63,258 nt of DNA, filler included, from Octopus bimaculoides (GCF_001194135.2; 6 parts of 5 records of this genome joined end to end with filler, not necessarily neighbours in it); one strand, 5' to 3'; positions 1-13,283 are shown, counted from the first letter of the whole stretch. Numbers and translations: made by a program. Notes: generated from the sequence alone by a model not told the origin.

Positions 1-37
1 ATATATATATATCAATAAATATATATATATATATACA

Positions 38-428
38 TAGGCGCAGGTGTGCCTGTGTGGTGAGAAGCTTCCTTTACAACTACGCGGTTCCGGTTTTAGT
101 CCCACTCCGTGGCACTTTGGGCAAGTGGCTTCTACTATAAGCCTCTGGCCGACTAAAGCCTTGTGAGTGGATTTGGTAGACGGAAACTGAAAGAAGCCCG
201 TCGTATGACAATGAATAATTTCTCAAAAGAGGGAGACTTCCTAGAACTGCTCGTGAACTCCCTATTAAAGCCACTGTGTGTTTACATCCCCGTAAGCTAG
301 CGGTTCGGCTAAAGAGGGCAGTAAAATAAGTACCAGGATTAGCAAAATGAAATTAAGTACTGGGGTCGATTTATTCGGCTAAATTCTTCAAGGCGGTGCC
401 CCAGTCTAATAACTGAAACAAAAGCTAG
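38..428 (+). mobile_element. tRNA-derived SINE family A (head 38-205, tail about 270-428)
   Basis: A-box-like GTGCCTGTGTGGT, degenerate B-box GGTTTTAGTCCC, CORE-like GGCACTTTGGGCAAGTG, then the shared tail CCCCGTAAGCTAGCGGTTCGGC...ACTGAAACA; many homologous copies in the window. Confidence 0.8.
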
Positions 429-739
429 AAGATGTGAAAATGCAGAGAGAATATATTGCTCATGTTGTTGTTATTGTCGCTTGTGTTGTTTGTTCCCACG
501 TCAATCTTCATGAAGTCCACCCGTGACCATCGCCACTTCTTCCTATGTGTAGGCCACCCAGGAGCACCCGCATAGTGCAATGAGACCTTTTCGAGTAAAT
601 GATAACGCATGTGATCTGGAGTGGATGGAGGTGGGTAGGTTGTATTTAGCTGCTATTTCTAACAGATCGAGAAACCACGTTGAGCAATTCTCGTTGATTC
701 GTCTTGCTGTAGTTAACAAGTGCCCTCTGCTGTATCTGC

Positions 740-768
740 ATAGTAGTTGTAGTAGTAGTAGTAGTAGT

Positions 769-801
<33 letters not shown>

Positions 802-837
802 AAGAAGAAGAAGAAGAAGAAGAAGAAGAAGAAGAAG

Positions 838-868
<31 letters not shown>

Positions 869-912
869 TGCAGCAGCAGCGGCAACACTACTACTACTAC
901 TACTACTACTAC

Positions 913-949
<37 letters not shown>

Positions 950-1264
950 CTTGGTGGTGTAAGCTGTTGAAATTACGGCGACATTAGTAGAGAGCAGAGT
1001 AGTCGGAAGCAATGTTGGATCGTTAAAAGTAACAGCTGCTGTTACAACTACTGCTCTTACAACAACGCACCAGACGTTGTACTATGACGACCACGACGAC
1101 CACGACGATACTACAGCGGCAGCAGCGGCAGCAGCGGCAGCAGTTGTATTAGTAGCTATATTAGAAGCAGTAGCGGCAACAGCAGCAGCAGCAGCAGCAA
1201 CAGCAATAATAGCAGCAGCAGTCACAGCAGCAGCAGTCACAGCAGCAGTAGTAGTAGTAGCAGC

Positions 1265-1307
<43 letters not shown>

Positions 1308-1312
1308 AGTAA
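740..1312. repeat. Compound trinucleotide microsatellite block: (TAG)n, (AAG)n about 771-867, (TAC)n(TAG)n, (CAG)n, (TAG)n
   Basis: Seen directly; explains the poly-K/S/L/A/V pseudo-ORFs. Confidence 0.95.
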
Positions 1313-1624
1313 GTAAGTAAATAAAATAAAGTTCGAGAAGAGGAACTTGTCATCGCTGCCTTCCTATACACTGGATTCGATGTCTGATGTTTACTTTGAA
1401 CACCTGTAGCAAATGCGGAGGTGGCGGGGGTCTATATCGTCCGTCTATCGGCTGGAAATAGCAGTCAAATTACCCTAAAATTACACCCCCTATCACCACC
1501 ATTGTCTTAAACGGCAAAGGTTGTAGTCGATAACACTGATTTCAATGCGTTTAACAAATAAAGATACGATGGCGATGGTTGAATATCTTTGATCATAACT
1601 GTAATCAATAGGTGTATGTGTGTG

Positions 1625-1665
<41 letters not shown>

Positions 1666-1690
1666 ATGTATACGTATAGACAGACAGACG

Positions 1691-1757
<67 letters not shown>

Positions 1758-1933
1758 CAAAATATACAAAGAATAAACAAAAATGTATAATAGACAGAGA
1801 CAAGTAAAAGAACAACAAACAGAGTGTGATAGTTTGACGCTCAGGAAAAATGGAAAAAGTCTGACGTTTCGAGCCTAAGCTCTTCTAAAGAAAGAAATGG
1901 AGAGAGAAAGCAGTTGGAGAAAGAAACATAAAC

Positions 1934-2089
1934 GGGCGTGGGCGTAGGTAAGAAGCTTGCTTCACTACCACATGGTTCCGATTTCAGTCCCACTGCGTGC
2001 TACTTTTGGCATGTGTCTTTTACTATAACCTCCATCCGACTAAAGACTTGTGAAAGGATCTGGTAGACAGAAACTGAAAGAATCCCTTC

Positions 2090-2092
<3 letters not shown>
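1934..2092 (+). mobile_element. SINE family A head (degenerate)
   Basis: Homologous to 38-205 and 36924-37077. Confidence 0.75.
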
Positions 2093-2139
<47 letters not shown>

Positions 2140-2942
2140 NNNNNNNNNNNNNNNNNNNNNNNNNNNNNNNNNNNNNNNNNNNNNNNNNNNNNNNNNNNNN
2201 NNNNNNNNNNNNNNNNNNNNNNNNNNNNNNNNNNNNNNNNNNNNNNNNNNNNNNNNNNNNNNNNNNNNNNNNNNNNNNNNNNNNNNNNNNNNNNNNNNNN
2301 NNNNNNNNNNNNNNNNNNNNNNNNNNNNNNNNNNNNNNNNNNNNNNNNNNNNNNNNNNNNNNNNNNNNNNNNNNNNNNNNNNNNNNNNNNNNNNNNNNNN
2401 NNNNNNNNNNNNNNNNNNNNNNNNNNNNNNNNNNNNNNNNNNNNNNNNNNNNNNNNNNNNNNNNNNNNNNNNNNNNNNNNNNNNNNNNNNNNNNNNNNNN
2501 NNNNATATATATATATATATATATAAATTTTGTACGACTATTATTCTTTCTATTCTTTCATTCTTTCTATCAGTCCCTTCACACTTCGTTCATTCCACTC
2601 ATCGCTCTTTCGTTCCCCCTCTCTCACATTTCCTGGCCTTCTCTTCATGCTCACCTTCCCTCTTTCATTTTTCCCTTGCCCCTCCTTAATACTTCTATCC
2701 CTCTGCCTCTACCTCTCTCTATTCTCTCCCCCACGTGACCGGTGTTTGGCCAACCTGACCTTTCTTCTTGATTCGATTACCATCCGTGCAACATTTATAT
2801 TCCTCCCTGTGCCTATTTTTATATGCTTTGTTTTATCTTTATTTGTATGTTGTGTGTGTTGAATTTCCTCCTCTGATGTTACCCTTAATGCTTTTCACTT
2901 TTATGGCCAATAAAAGAAATCCTTATTATTATCGATATAACT

Positions 2943-3300
2943 AAGGCGGCGAACTGGCAGAAACGTTAGCACGCTGGATGAAATGCTTCGTGGTATTTCG
3001 CCTGTCGCTACTTTCTGAGTTCAAATTCTGCCGAGGTCGATTTTGCCTTTCATCCTTTTAAGTACCAGTGAAACACTGGGGTCAATGTAATCAACTAGTC
3101 CTCCTCCCCACAAATTTGGGACCGTGTGCCTCCAGTAAAAGGGATAATTATCATTAAGGCGACGAACTGGCAGAATCGTTAGCATGCCGGGCAAAGCGCT
3201 TATCAGTATTTTGTGTCTTTACGATCTCAGTTCAAATTCCGACGAGGTCAATTTTGCCATTATTATAAATTTCTGGCCTTGTGCCGATAGTAAAAAGCAT
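2943..3300 (+). mobile_element. Two tandem copies of tRNA-derived SINE family B
   Basis: AAGGCGGCGAACTGGCAGAAACGTTAGCAC head, B-box GAGTTCAAATTC, GCCTTTCATCCTTT core; second copy starts about 3156. Confidence 0.8.
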
Positions 3301-3452
3301 TATTGTTATCCACCATTTTTTATCGACCCCGAAAGGGATCGGTAAAATAAATACCAGTTAAGTACACCTTGCATTGTAATCGACTAACGCCACCCTCCAC
3401 CCCTACACCCACCCTATTTCACGCTTCGTACCTATGACAGAGGATTATTCAA

Positions 3453-3770
3453 ACTGTTCTGCACGCTCTCGTCCAGCGTCCATGTATTTCTGAATTGTGG
3501 GTTTATGTCGAACGCCTGCTGCCGCGTGTACAATGGCTCAGGTTATCGGCTAAGTCCATTAGCGAAAGAGGCTGTATGGGGAAACCAGATGGAAAAGACG
3601 GAAGGCAGATACTTTCTGCTTTTGGCCAAGTGCTCATCAACTTTTCCATGTTTCTCTTGAAAAGGAAAGCGATGGTGGGAAGGGAAGTGTTGCATGGTGG
3701 GTGAATGCTGCAATAATAGTCCGAGTGAACGGACTGAGTTTAAACACGAGCCTGCAAGTTGAAAGACAGT
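3453..3770 (+). pseudogene. L1/Tx1-like LINE ORF2 C-terminal fragment
   Basis: TVLHALVQRPCISELWVYVERLL...LINFSMFLLKRKAMVGREVL resembles the zinc-knuckle-proximal end of L1/Tx1 ORF2; deleted and frameshifted. Confidence 0.55.
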
Positions 3771-3939
3771 GTAAAGAGAGCCCAGTGGTCAGAGTTACCA
3801 TGGTTTTAGTGAGGAGTTCACGAGCAGTTCTAGGAGGTCTCCCTCTTTTGGGAAATTATTCATTGTCACAATTACACATTGTTACTGTTATATTTTTTAC
3901 GCGGCTTTTAAGTAACCCTATATTGTATTATCCTGTACC

Positions 3940-4056
3940 ATCGTCCGCCGAGGTCGACTTTGCCTTTCATCCTTTCGGGGTCGATAAATTAAGTACCAGT
4001 TACGTACTGGGGTCGATGTAATTGACTCAATCCCTTTGTCTGTCCTTGTTTGTTCC

Positions 4057-4058
<2 letters not shown>
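3940..4058 (+). mobile_element. SINE family B, 5'-truncated
   Basis: CCGCCGAGGTCGACTTTGCCTTTCATCCTTTCGGGGTCGATAAATTAAGTACCAG core, abutting the (ATT)n tract. Confidence 0.8.
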
Positions 4059-4099
<41 letters not shown>

Positions 4100-4105
<6 letters not shown>

Positions 4106-4850
4106 TAAGACGTCGCACGGTATCTATTATTGCGATGTTGTTGATTGAAGATATTGTGTCTACCGGGGGTTTGTACTGTTTGTCAAGTCATAACAAGGAC
4201 CTCAGTCTTTTACGCAATATGCTTGCAGTGCCAAGTAATGCTGATTTTTGCAATACACCTAAATTGTAGGGTATTTCTAAAGTTTCCAGATGTGTTTTTT
4301 AGGTTGGGTAGTATTGCGCCCAATGCCCCGAATGACAATAAGGACAACCTTTATGTTTGACTCTCGTAATTTCCACATTTTGGTGATCTCAGTTCTCGGG
4401 TTTTATCAATCTTTTCTTCTGGCATTTCCACGTCGATTATTAGGTACTCTTGTTTGTCCCGCCTAAAGGTTACTATATCCGGCCTTCGGTGCACTATTGC
4501 CTTCTCCTTTTCGTCTAACTTTTCCGGTGTATGTTGGTACCAAACACCGGTTACCTCGTATCTATATTTCCAGCATAGTAACCAGTGAAGGTTTTGGGCT
4601 ACCATGTCGTGTCTGCGCTTGTATTCTTTCTGCACAATACTTTCACAAGCACTAACAATGTGAGTCACGCTTTCGACCCTCTTCCCACACATTCTGCAGA
4701 GGTTCGTTACACTTGTGCGGTATATATCCTTTTCCACTGAGTTGGTATTCAATGCCTGATCCTAGGCAGCAATGATTACGCTTTCAGTATTCTTTTTTAG
4801 GTCACCCTTGCTGAGCCACCTCCATGATGCTTCCCGGCTTTTTAATTTGT
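4100..4850 (-). pseudogene. R4/Dong-like non-LTR retrotransposon 3' fragment (restriction-like endonuclease), ending in an (AAT)n tract
   Basis: WRWLSKGDLKKNTESVIIAA*DQALNTN; CCHC knuckle CRMCGKRVESVTHIVSAC; KRRHD; RRPDIV..IIDV; QKSALLGTASILRK; tail runs into (TAA)n at 4059-4103. Confidence 0.85.
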
Positions 4851-6059
4851 TATTTTCACGGTGGAAGTGACCATGTAATTCTATGCGGAGTAGGGTTTCT
4901 CCGCTTGTGTCCATTTCAGGATCAGTGCACTATAGCGGACTACAGCAACAGCCCATACGTTGATGGCAGTCACAAGGTTTATCATCATCATCGTCATTAT
5001 CGTCATATAATATTGACATTTACAGAATGTTCATGATGTTTATCCCATCCTTCATTTTTATGTTAGCATTAGGGAAAGAGGAAATATGAATGATATCTTA
5101 TTCAAATTCAACACCGAAAAATATTTTACCTTTGCACTATGGAGATGCACATCTTTTTTTTATCCTTCTTTTTAGTAAAAATCTCATTTCTCAAGTGTCA
5201 CTTAGAAAACTTCAAATTCCGTTAAATGATAAATAGATGGGACGCTTAAATATTTATTCATATATACACGTTAGTGGCTGCGATACAATGATTCAAAGAC
5301 ATCTTTGGTAAAATTAACGTTGAAGTTTCCATATAATTACATTTTATAGCAAAGCAAAAGATGGAAACATGTTAGTACAGAGATTATTTTATATAAGATT
5401 ATAAACTGTGAGTATCGATTGGGAATTATATGAGATTTATATTAGTAACTCACTGGAGCTGTGTAACAAATAGAATAGAGTAAAAAATCTACCATTGTGA
5501 AACATGAGGTAAAAAGGAACCCATGAAAAGCATTAATTAAACAATTAATTAAACAAATTTAAAAGTCAATTTGTTCATTTTTAAGTATTTCTATAAAGTT
5601 GTAATCTAATGAGAGTCCTCAAATCAGAACAATAAAAAACATCTTGTCAATATAAATATAAATCTTTAATCTTCCTCATTCATTTTCCAAGGACTAGAGA
5701 AGAGGAAGCCCAACAAATGCTTCTTTCTGTTGTTTGTGTTTTTATTAACTTTGTGTACGCGCGCGTGCGTGTGTGTGCGTGCGCGTGCGCGTACGTGTGC
5801 GCATTTCTTAGTTCAGCCTACTTCCTGTTTTTCATTTCCTCATTCCTACAATGTAAAGAATCCCTTTCAACACAAATTCCCTATAATGTAGAATGCACCG
5901 GTAGTGATCATTTGTAATTGATAAATAAATATTCGGAAGAATGACAGAATAAATTGTTACTTTAACTAACGAGTAGACTTCAGCTAAGACTCTGAGTCAG
6001 CAGTCATATGATACGTAGATAGCTGGCCGAAGTATACAGTATGAATCAGCTACATGTTC

Positions 6060-6520
6060 CTAACTTTATTTAAATCATGCTCAGACATAGCTGGGGAGTA
6101 TATTGCACATTCTGGTATGCAGTGCTGAATTGTAGAAGAGTAGTACGACAGTTTAGATACGTATTCACGGCATGAATCCGGTGATAGATAGAACAGAAAC
6201 GGAGGAGGTAGGCTCCGTCTTTGTGATATGGTGCAAGGAAACGAAGGTGACAAAGATGGTAGCGCTGACAGGTCAATGGGAAGCAAACACCGAAGACGCT
6301 TTCCTCAGGAAAGATAGAAAATATAGCCAATTGGTTTAAAACAGTGAATGGGATACAATATGCCTTCACGAAGAAACAGGTGTCTGAGTACTTGTTGAAA
6401 TCAGGATTCACCCTCGTTGTTCAAGAGACTTGGACTAGCTGCGGAAGATAGAAACAAAATTGCCAGAAAACTGTCGGAAGCCGCTGTGAAAGCAAGTCAG
6501 TATATATAGTCCAAGTGATG
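6060..6520 (+). pseudogene. HERO-like (R2-group) RLE retrotransposon 3' fragment
   Basis: My translation across frameshifts: VIWCKETKVTKMVALTGQWEANTEDAFLRKDRKYSQL...SLFKRLGLAAEDRNKIARKLSEAAVKASQYI*, matching the ELTVPWE..A..RK..KY / LSEAAEKAS pattern; not in the ORF track. Confidence 0.6.
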
Positions 6521-7210
6521 CTGCAAGAACGAACGTTCTAGTGGCATTTCTTTCGACCCTTTGCGTTCTGAGTTCAAATTACGCCGTGATAAAACTTTGC
6601 TTTTCATTGGAGATCTATAAAATAAAGCACCAGTCAAACACAGAAGTCGATGTGATTGATTCTGCAACGAACCGGTGTTGCGTTCTGAATAATGTAATCT
6701 CGGTCGCATATCCGTCATGGAAACCGAGTAAACGGATTTATAAGTGCTAAGGTCCAAGGAAACTAAATACAAAAGTTTGTGCACAAACTTCGGGCCCTAC
6801 TCTAATCACTATACGCAATTTTTTCACTCTAGCAACTCTCAATCAGGACCATGTAACTTCTACATGTGTGTGTGATGTTAGTGAAACAGTTCAACTATTT
6901 AAACCCGACGATCAATTCACCAGTAATAATATACTGTCCACTATAATATCGCAACAATAAAAAGAAAAACGCCATTAGCAAACATTTCTTTCTGAAGACG
7001 ATCGCGTGTAGATTTAGAAACATGAATGAAACTAAGAACGCTGTTGACCCAAATGTAATCGGAACCAAACCACAATTGTGGATATACAGTTGCATAACAG
7101 AGTTTGTGCGTATATTTCTAACCTCCGGGTAACTACGAGCACTTCGAGCGGAACTTAATGTATTTCTGTCAAGGTGTATGCGTACATGCATGTTTCTGGG
7201 TGAATGGCGT

Positions 7211-7286
<76 letters not shown>

Positions 7287-7612
7287 GTGTGTGTGTGTGT
7301 GTGAAAAGATAAACACCTAAACAGATTGGAAGCACCACAATTTCTATGTAAGCATACTGAAAAGATATCCGCGTCGTACAATATATATTATGTAATGCCC
7401 AGTAAATGTAGATGCAAACTGCAGAAATAATTTAATTAGCTCAATCTCCATATATAGAGCGTGATCGTTTCGTTAAAATACATATAAATAAGATATATCA
7501 TTGAACAATTTGCAACATGTTATTACACACAGTCACATGTACATATATATATATATATACATACACACATACACACACATATATGTATATGTGTGTGTAT
7601 GTATTTATGTCT

Positions 7613-7644
<32 letters not shown>

Positions 7645-8223
7645 GTTTATACATATATACATGTATATATATATAAACATATATATGCTTATATATATAT
7701 ATATATATATATNNNNNNNNNNNNNNNNNNNNNNNNNNNNNNNNNNNNNNNNNNNNNNNNNNNNNNNNNNNNNNNNNNNNNNNNNNNNNNNNNNNNNNNN
7801 NNNNNNNNNATATAAAAGATAATAAGAGTGAAAAAACTACAGAAGGCTTGTGTTACATGGTTAAAGTATATATTTAAATTATGTCAGAAAAATGTTAGAA
7901 AAATGTTATAAAATCTTTTTGGTATATAAACATTGTATTTTGAGAAATAACCGGTTTCGTGTTGTCTTTTCAAATTTCTCTACTTCATTGTAACGTGTTA
8001 AACATATGTTTATACATATACATATATGTTTATAAATATATATATATATATTTATTTATTTATATATAGAGAGAGATGTTTATATATATACATATATGTG
8101 TACGTATACATATATTCAATTATACATATTATATACTTATTAGGCAGACGGACAGACACACATACAGAAAGAAAGACAGACAAACAGGTACTGAGACTGA
8201 CAGATATTCAGAGACAGGCAAAA

Positions 8224-8278
<55 letters not shown>

Positions 8279-8621
8279 CTAATTCTCTTTCTATCAAGCA
8301 TAAAATTTACCTGAAGTGAATCTCTAAATGTTTACGAAACATTAAACGCAATAATCTGGGTTAACTGTGAGTTAACCGATAATACAATAACGGAAACAAC
8401 TTCTTGTTAGTAGTTTGTGAGAAACTTGTGAGAAAGAATTGTTGTGGTAATCGTTAACCTAGAAAGTGAACAAATTTAGCTCCAAAAGATAAACTATATA
8501 TATACTTAAATAGATTTTGAAATTTTATTACAGTAGGTTAAACAAGTAATCAATCTGATTACATTCAGTTATTTGAATAGAAAATTGAATGAAAAAGGAT
8601 TGCGTTATTGTATTATTGGAT

Positions 8622-8865
8622 AAGGCGGCGAAATGGCAGAAACGTTAGCACGCCGGGCTAAATGCTTAGCGGTATTTCGTCTGCTGCTACGTTCTGAGTT
8701 CAAATTCCGCCGAGGTCGACTTTGCCTTTCATCCTTTCGGGTTCGATTAAATAAGTACCAGTTACGCATTGGGGTCGATATAAGCGACTTAATCCCTTTG
8801 TCTGTCCTTGTTTGTCCCCTCTGTGTATAGCCCCTTGTGGGCAGTAAAGAAATAAGAAACGTTAG
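8622..8865 (+). mobile_element. SINE family B, full length
   Basis: A-box TGGCAGAAACG, B-box GAGTTCAAATTCC, core, tail GCCCCTTGTGGGCAGTAAAGAAATAAG. Confidence 0.88.
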
Positions 8866-9323
8866 TTCTTTTACAATGCTTAGAAAAATCGAAGGATCGT
8901 TGCAATAAGTGAGTGAATCAAAGAGGGGGAACAGGTTGAATAAAATCATAAGTAACTGATCCTCCTGTATTTTCTTTTACCCAAAGCCAGGGACTTTTCA
9001 GTAACCCTTATAGTAGAAGTATGTTAGAAAGAGATAGAGAGAAAGAGAGAGAGCGTGTAACCGATAGCAGAACTGTATTATATTGTGGAATAGATAGTGG
9101 AAATGTGGAAATACAAGTGTAAAACCGAGAGAAGGTGGATGAGGGAGGATGAGGGGAAGGGGAGGACGAGAAGCAGAACTATGTTACAGATGCATGTGAC
9201 AGAGTACAAATGTGTTACAGACACTGTATGTATCTGAGAATGAGTATATATATATATATATATACATATATATATACATATACATATATATATACATATA
9301 TATATATACATATATATATATAC

Positions 9324-9354
<31 letters not shown>

Positions 9355-9408
9355 CATATATATATATACATATATATATATACATATATATATATATACA
9401 TATATATA

Positions 9409-9508
9409 NNNNNNNNNNNNNNNNNNNNNNNNNNNNNNNNNNNNNNNNNNNNTTAATTAATTAANNNNNNNNNNNNNNNNNNNNNNNNNNNNNNNNNNNN
9501 NNNNNNNN
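9409..9508. other. Artificial assembly join: 44 N + TTAATTAATTAA + 44 N (12-mer also at 41073, 50813, 54861, 59932)
   Basis: Same 12-mer (stops in all six frames) embedded in N runs five times; 44+12+44 counted here. Confidence 0.95.
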
Positions 9509-9524
9509 TGACTGTTCAAGTGCA

Positions 9525-9992
9525 TGTTACTAAATAGAAAAACAGTCATTTTTGTGAATAATATATATATTATTTATTCTTGTGTTCACCTTTTGTGGTG
9601 GAAGCATGTAGTATGATCCAAAACATGTGTGCTTACATACAAAGAAAGTTTTGATTTTTGCTTTTGCACTGAAAGAAGTAACATATAATATTTGTATTAC
9701 AGTATGTATGCATGTGTGTAAGGAGAACAGTAATTTTGAGAATGTGTGTGTGATAAAATATCTTCGTTTACTAACCATATATTTTGTGTCGAGGTGAATA
9801 GACATACGAGTCGCACGTAGGAGATTGCGCGTGAAGCTGCAGAGAAGACGTGTGTCTTTGACCAAAGCCTGGCAGGAACTGAGGTCGTTTTCTACAGCGT
9901 AGCTCAGAACGAGGCTACTGTATCGAAGCATTGACTAGTGTATCAAAGCGAGGCTAGATGGCTCATCGATATATTCGTCTGCTGTGCAGGTC
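9525..9992 (-). repeat. 3' LTR of the Gypsy element (lacks the first 8 bp)
   Basis: About 96% identical by eye to 13284-13708; carries an extra 20 bp at about 9923-9942. Confidence 0.85.
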
Positions 9993-12870
9993 CCATGCAT
10001 GGAGCGTCGTTTCGTAAAAACACATGGGTCCAAGAATCAACGTCTTCTGGAACTGATGATTTAGTGGTTTGGTGTTGTGTTGACATGGATAACAGTTCTT
10101 GCATGTATTTGCGAAGTTTGTGTATGTACATAGAGGGGTCATGTGTGGACATATCCACTGGGGAAAACATGGGTCCTGGGAACGAAAGAGGTGTACCAAA
10201 AACAAGTTCTGCTGGGGAATAACCGAGATCCTCCTTTATCGAGGCTAGACAGCCAAAAACTATGGGAAGATATTCGCTCCAACGCTGCCGATCTGGGAAG
10301 GCACGCAAAGCAGTTTTCATTTGATGGTGAAATCATTCCACCATACCGTTGGATTGTGGATGGTAACTGATGGTTCGAATCTGACGTGCACCTATGGTCT
10401 TCGTGAGCTTGTGGAAGAGGTATGACTCAAACTGTTTTCCACGGCCGGTAGTGATGTGGTATGGACTCCATACCATGATATCCATCCTGTGTTAAAAACT
10501 TTGGCAACAGATTCTGCAGTGATATCTACAAAAAGGAATAGCTTCCGGCCAACGTGTGAAACGATCAATGCAAGTGAGCAGGTAGGCATATCCCTGGCTG
10601 ACTAGCCAAGGTCCGACAAGGTCGATGTGCACATGGTTGAAACGCACTGACAGGAAAAGCAGGAGCGTGACCAAGCAGTGATGTCTCGTCTCATATTCAG
10701 CCAAAAGAATTTCGCCGAAATGAGTTTCACTGTGGCGGTGACACCAGAGTGTGACAGGTTATGCAGTGTGCTGAAGACTGTTTGTCTGAGTGTCTCCGGA
10801 ACAAAAGGACGAGGAGAATTAGTGGAAGTATCGCACAAAATCTGCGCATTAGCTGTGGGTACTGGGAAGTACTTGATGTTGCATGTGGCAAAGGCGGGTG
10901 GGGATATATCAATTGTGTCTAAGTGAGGTTGATCTTTAGCCAGGAGATGCAGGTCGATGTCTGTGGGTGACAACAGCGAACTCAGTGGTAGGCGCGATAA
11001 GGCGTCTACTGTAGTGTTATCTACACCAGAGATATGGCGGATGTTGGTGGTAAATTGGGAAATGAAATCCAAGTATCTGGTTTCCGCGGAGAGCACTTGT
11101 CAGGATTCGAGCGCAGGGCAAAGATGAGTGGACGGTGGTCCATAAAAATCGTGAATTGGCGTCCCTCGAGTGTGTGCCGGAAATGTTTGACTACTAAATA
11201 CATAGCTAACAGCTCCGTCCGAAAGTGCTGTAGCGAGTTTCAGCTGGTTTAATCTGCTGAGACAAAAAGGCAAGAGGCTGGAGTTGTTGCTGGTGAAATT
11301 GTTGTAACACTGCGCCTATGGTAGTGTTGGATGCATCCACTACAAGAGATAGCTGAGCGTTCGCAACAGGGTGGGCAAGAAGCGATGCCTGAGTGAGTTG
11401 CTGCTTTGCTGTGTTGAAGGAATCAAGTTGGGTGGAGTCCAACGCTATCGGCTCATTCCTCTTTGTCTTATTCCGAAGAAGCGTGTTTAGCGGATATAGA
11501 ATTTCAGCTGAATGAGGAACAAAGCGCCGATAGAAATTGAACAGTCCCAAGAAATGTTGGAGCTGATGTAACGCGGTGGGTGGAGGTAACTCCTGCAATG
11601 CCTTCACCTTGTCAGGCAGTGGAGATATGCCTTCGGAGAAGAAGATGTAACCTAGGAAGGTCAAAGAAGATGCGCCGAAAACACATTTGGTAGGGTTGCT
11701 TCGCACTTGGTAAGTCTTGAATCGCTCAAACAGCTGACGTACATGATGGAGATGTTCTTCAGGTGAGGCGCAAGCTATCAAGATGTCGTCGATGTACGCA
11801 TAGACGAAGTCTTAGTCTCGGATGACTTCGTCTATGAACCTTTGAAATGTGCTAGCTGAATTCCGTAAACCAAAAGGCTTAGTTAGGAATTCGAAGGCGC
11901 CAAAATGCGTGGTTACGGCAGTCTTTAGAATATCCTCTGGATTCACAGGAATCTGATGGTATGCCTTAACCAAGTCCAGCTGTGGAGAGATGACGCAAAA
12001 TCCTGGATGTGGTGTATTGGGTACCTGTCTGGCACCGTGATGGAGTTTCATCTTTCATCTCCTGTATTCACCAGTGGGCCGCCATTCCCCGGAACGCTTT
12101 GGAACCATGTGCAAGAGTGATGCCCAGGGGCTATTAGAGGGGAGGATGGGGCCCTACTGGAGCATGTGGTTAAATTCCACCTTGGCCGCCTTTAGCTTCT
12201 ACGAGGAGAGACGGTGAAGGCGAGAAAAAACTGGAGCACTTTTAGTTTCAATGAAATGGCTGGTGGTGTGAGTTGGAGCAGCAGTAAAAAAATTTAGGTT
12301 AGTCAGCTCTGGATATGAGTTTAAGAGTGCGTGGTATGGGTCGTCCGTGGCAGCAATGAAAAAGACTGGACTAACTACAGGGGTTAGAAAGTTCTGTGGT
12401 CGCGTCCCATAAACGCCGAGTGCGCGTGTCCACAAGCAGGTAGAAGTGGTGTAAAAGTCTGCACCTAATATTGGGTAAGGGAGATCTGCGACTGTAAAAA
12501 TCCACTTGAAGTCACGTCGCAGATCTAAATCCAACGAACGGGATATCTGGCCGAAAGTTGGAATCGGTGAATGGTTCGCCACCTGCAGAGTCATTGGTGA
12601 TAACAGCGGTTTATCCGCGAGGAGTTTTAACGGCCAGATGCTGCAGGCAGCACTTGCATCTACGAGGCAGCGGGCGTGGGATATCCGATCTGTTATGAAA
12701 AATGAAAGGTTAGGCGCTGGCTGCTGCAGAGAATGGTTGGTCGTTTTCCTGTCGAGAAAAAGTACAGGGTTGGGTATATTTACGTGCTGAAGCTCCAAAC
12801 TTGGCATGGTTCCGGCATGTAGATGAATGAGCCGAGGACGAGCGAAGGCAAGGCGAGAAGAAGCGATCAA
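9993..12870 (-). pseudogene. pol: Gypsy pol (protease, RT, RNase H, integrase) with multiple frameshifts and stops
   Basis: PR CLVDASA; [24 protein letters not shown] at 11785-11796; RNase H LVVDAS, DHRPL; integrase H..SH...C..C zinc finger and HVHIDLVGP..TCIDRFTRWPEAIP. Confidence 0.95.
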
Positions 12871-13197
12871 AAGAATACTGTCTGAGTGAACGTGACCTGA
12901 AAGTGCGAAGGAACTGCGCTTCTCTCCTTAATTCAGCTATCGCCTTTAGGATAGCAGCCGAGGCAAGGTCCTTATCAGTGGAAACTGACGCTACTGGTGG
13001 GTGTGCAGAGGTATCGGGTGGTGTTGGAGTCGGCTTGGTGGTGTTGCCGGTATACTCAATGATTCTGTCAGCGGTGGAGGTTATTTGCTCGACGGGAGTC
13101 GTCTCCACCATAGAGGCTAGGATGGCGTCGACGTTAGAGGGCAACCCGGAAAAATAGTTATTTCAATAAAGCACTATCGGCAGGTGCATTTTGGGCC
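12710..13197 (-). pseudogene. gag: Gypsy gag, C-terminal half only
   Basis: ADSALLK*LFF/RLPSNVDAILAS...C.NHAKFGASARKYTQPC (degenerate zinc knuckle); N-terminus missing. Confidence 0.8.
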
Positions 13198-13283
13198 ACT
13201 ACATGCTTCCACCACAAATGGTGAACATAGAATAAACAATATATTTATATACAAAAAAAAACAGTTAGTATGAATCACCATAA

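Noticed and set aside
9453-9464. TTAATTAATTAA islands inside N runs (5 copies) as a biological motif
   Set aside because: Identical 12-mer with stops in all six frames centred in N padding: an assembly spacer. Adjacency across these joins is uncertain.
9530-9931. 133-aa and 139-aa ORFs (also 13275-13694) that look like a duplicated gene
   Set aside because: They are the two LTR copies; alternative start codons and no recognisable domain
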